A stretch of 63,142 nt of DNA, filler included, from Chiloscyllium plagiosum (lineage: Eukaryota), in the NCBI RefSeq assembly GCF_004010195.1. It is 3 parts of one record of this genome, joined end to end, with 100 filler letters (N's around TTAATTAATTAA, not from the genome) between each part and the next. Parts side by side here need not be neighbours in the genome. Positions count along the whole stretch, not along the records: positions 57,342 to 63,142 come from NC_057710.1; 2 more parts are not named here. One strand, given 5' to 3'. The first letter of the stretch is position 1, and each line of letters opens with the position of its first letter. The position numbers and the translations under genes are program-made. The notes below the pieces were generated by a model that did not search any database, had not been told where the DNA came from, and saw only the letters and a program-made list of their open reading frames with translations. Below are positions 62,393 through 63,142 of this stretch, in pieces.

Positions 62393-62590
62393 ACAAAGGT
62401 TCACTAATTTACGAACATCCGACTTATGAATGCGTGTATTTACGAATGCAATCACCTGCATAGATTTCAAATTTAAAAATCTGACACGTACATTTTCTAT
62501 ATATGCTGCTTTTCATTTTCCTGAACCATGTTCTGACTTGCAAACAAATTGATTTGCAAATAGACTCCAGAACAGAACCTGTATTCTTAT
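62393..62590. mobile_element. Tigger-like MITE relic related to 2740-2939
   Basis: Repeated (C/T)TTACGAA-like motifs and tgttctgacttgcaaa...gaacagaacc shared with the 2.8 kb element. TIRs degraded. Confidence 0.45.
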
Positions 62591-62764
62591 TTTCCAAAAA
62601 AAAACTTACTGTGTTGGTTCCTAAAAGCTTCAGATTGAGATTTTGCATGTTGTAAATATGATTCAAAGTCTTCTTCAACTGTCTCACTACACAGAACAGG
62701 GTAGAAAAGTAAAACAATCCATTTAGTTATGTGCACTGAAGTGCCTATTTTTAGATATTTGACA

Positions 62765-62898
62765 AACAGGGAAGTCTGACAAAAACTGTACAAGGCATTA
62801 GTCAGACCATGCCTGGAATATGGAGAGCTGTTTTGGTCCAAGGAAAGATATATTGACATTGAAGGTGACCCAGACAAGGCTCACTAGGCTAATACAAG
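62765..62898 (+). mobile_element. CR1 fragment
   Basis: LYKALVRPCLEYG motif. Confidence 0.75.
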
Positions 62899-62902
62899 GG
62901 GA

Positions 62903-63142
62903 GGATTCTGGATCAGTGGTGCTGGAAGAGCACAGCAATTCAGGCAGCATCCGAGGACAGGCAAAATCGACGTTTCGGGCAAAAGCCCTTCATCAGGAAT
63001 AAAGGCAGAGAGCCTGAAGCGTGGAGAGATAAGCTAGAGGAGGGTGGGGGTGGGGAGAGAGTGGCATAGAGTACAATAGGTGAGTGGGGGAGGAGATGAA
63101 GGTGATAGGTCAGGGAGGAGAGGGGGGAGTGGATAGGTGGAA
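62903..63142 (-). mobile_element. Penelope-like element 3' end, runs off the window
   Basis: Reverse complement of the 12441-12625 terminus. Intact hammerhead core at 62969-62996 (CTGATGA-A-GGGC-tttt-GCCC-GAAA-CG-TC). Confidence 0.92.

Overview
This is repeat-rich vertebrate DNA, most likely from a cartilaginous fish. The HE1 V-SINEs, CR1/HER1-type LINEs and Penelope families point to a shark; a carpet or bamboo shark is only a guess. I found no recognisable intact host protein-coding exon, so the window reads as intergenic or deep intronic. Every long ORF in the track is a decayed retroelement ORF (CR1, RTE, Penelope), an antisense shadow of one, or runs through N gaps. Contents: many CR1 fragments, three of them multi-kb and one nested in another; 8 HE1 SINEs; Deu-domain SINE and L2 relics; an RTE LINE and an RTE-tailed tRNA SINE; several TA-flanked Tc1/mariner MITEs; heavily decayed PIF/Harbinger transposase and Myb-like relics; two probable LTR relics; a 28-bp minisatellite; and three assembly gaps, two with a TTAATTAATTAA linker. 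Four observations stand out. (1) At least three Penelope-like families carry minimal hammerhead-ribozyme cores (CTGANGA-stem-GAAA). (2) They often occur as ~160-240 bp fold-back mini-elements with 11-18 bp target-site duplications, and the turn point repeatedly falls at the ribozyme core. (3) An identical CR1/T-run/SINE junction occurs at 8.1 kb and 41.2 kb, but with different SINE subfamilies. (4) An internal CR1 fragment is captured between two copies of a 52-bp duplication containing a 3' splice-site-like signal. Boundaries of old repeats are approximate and were read by eye.
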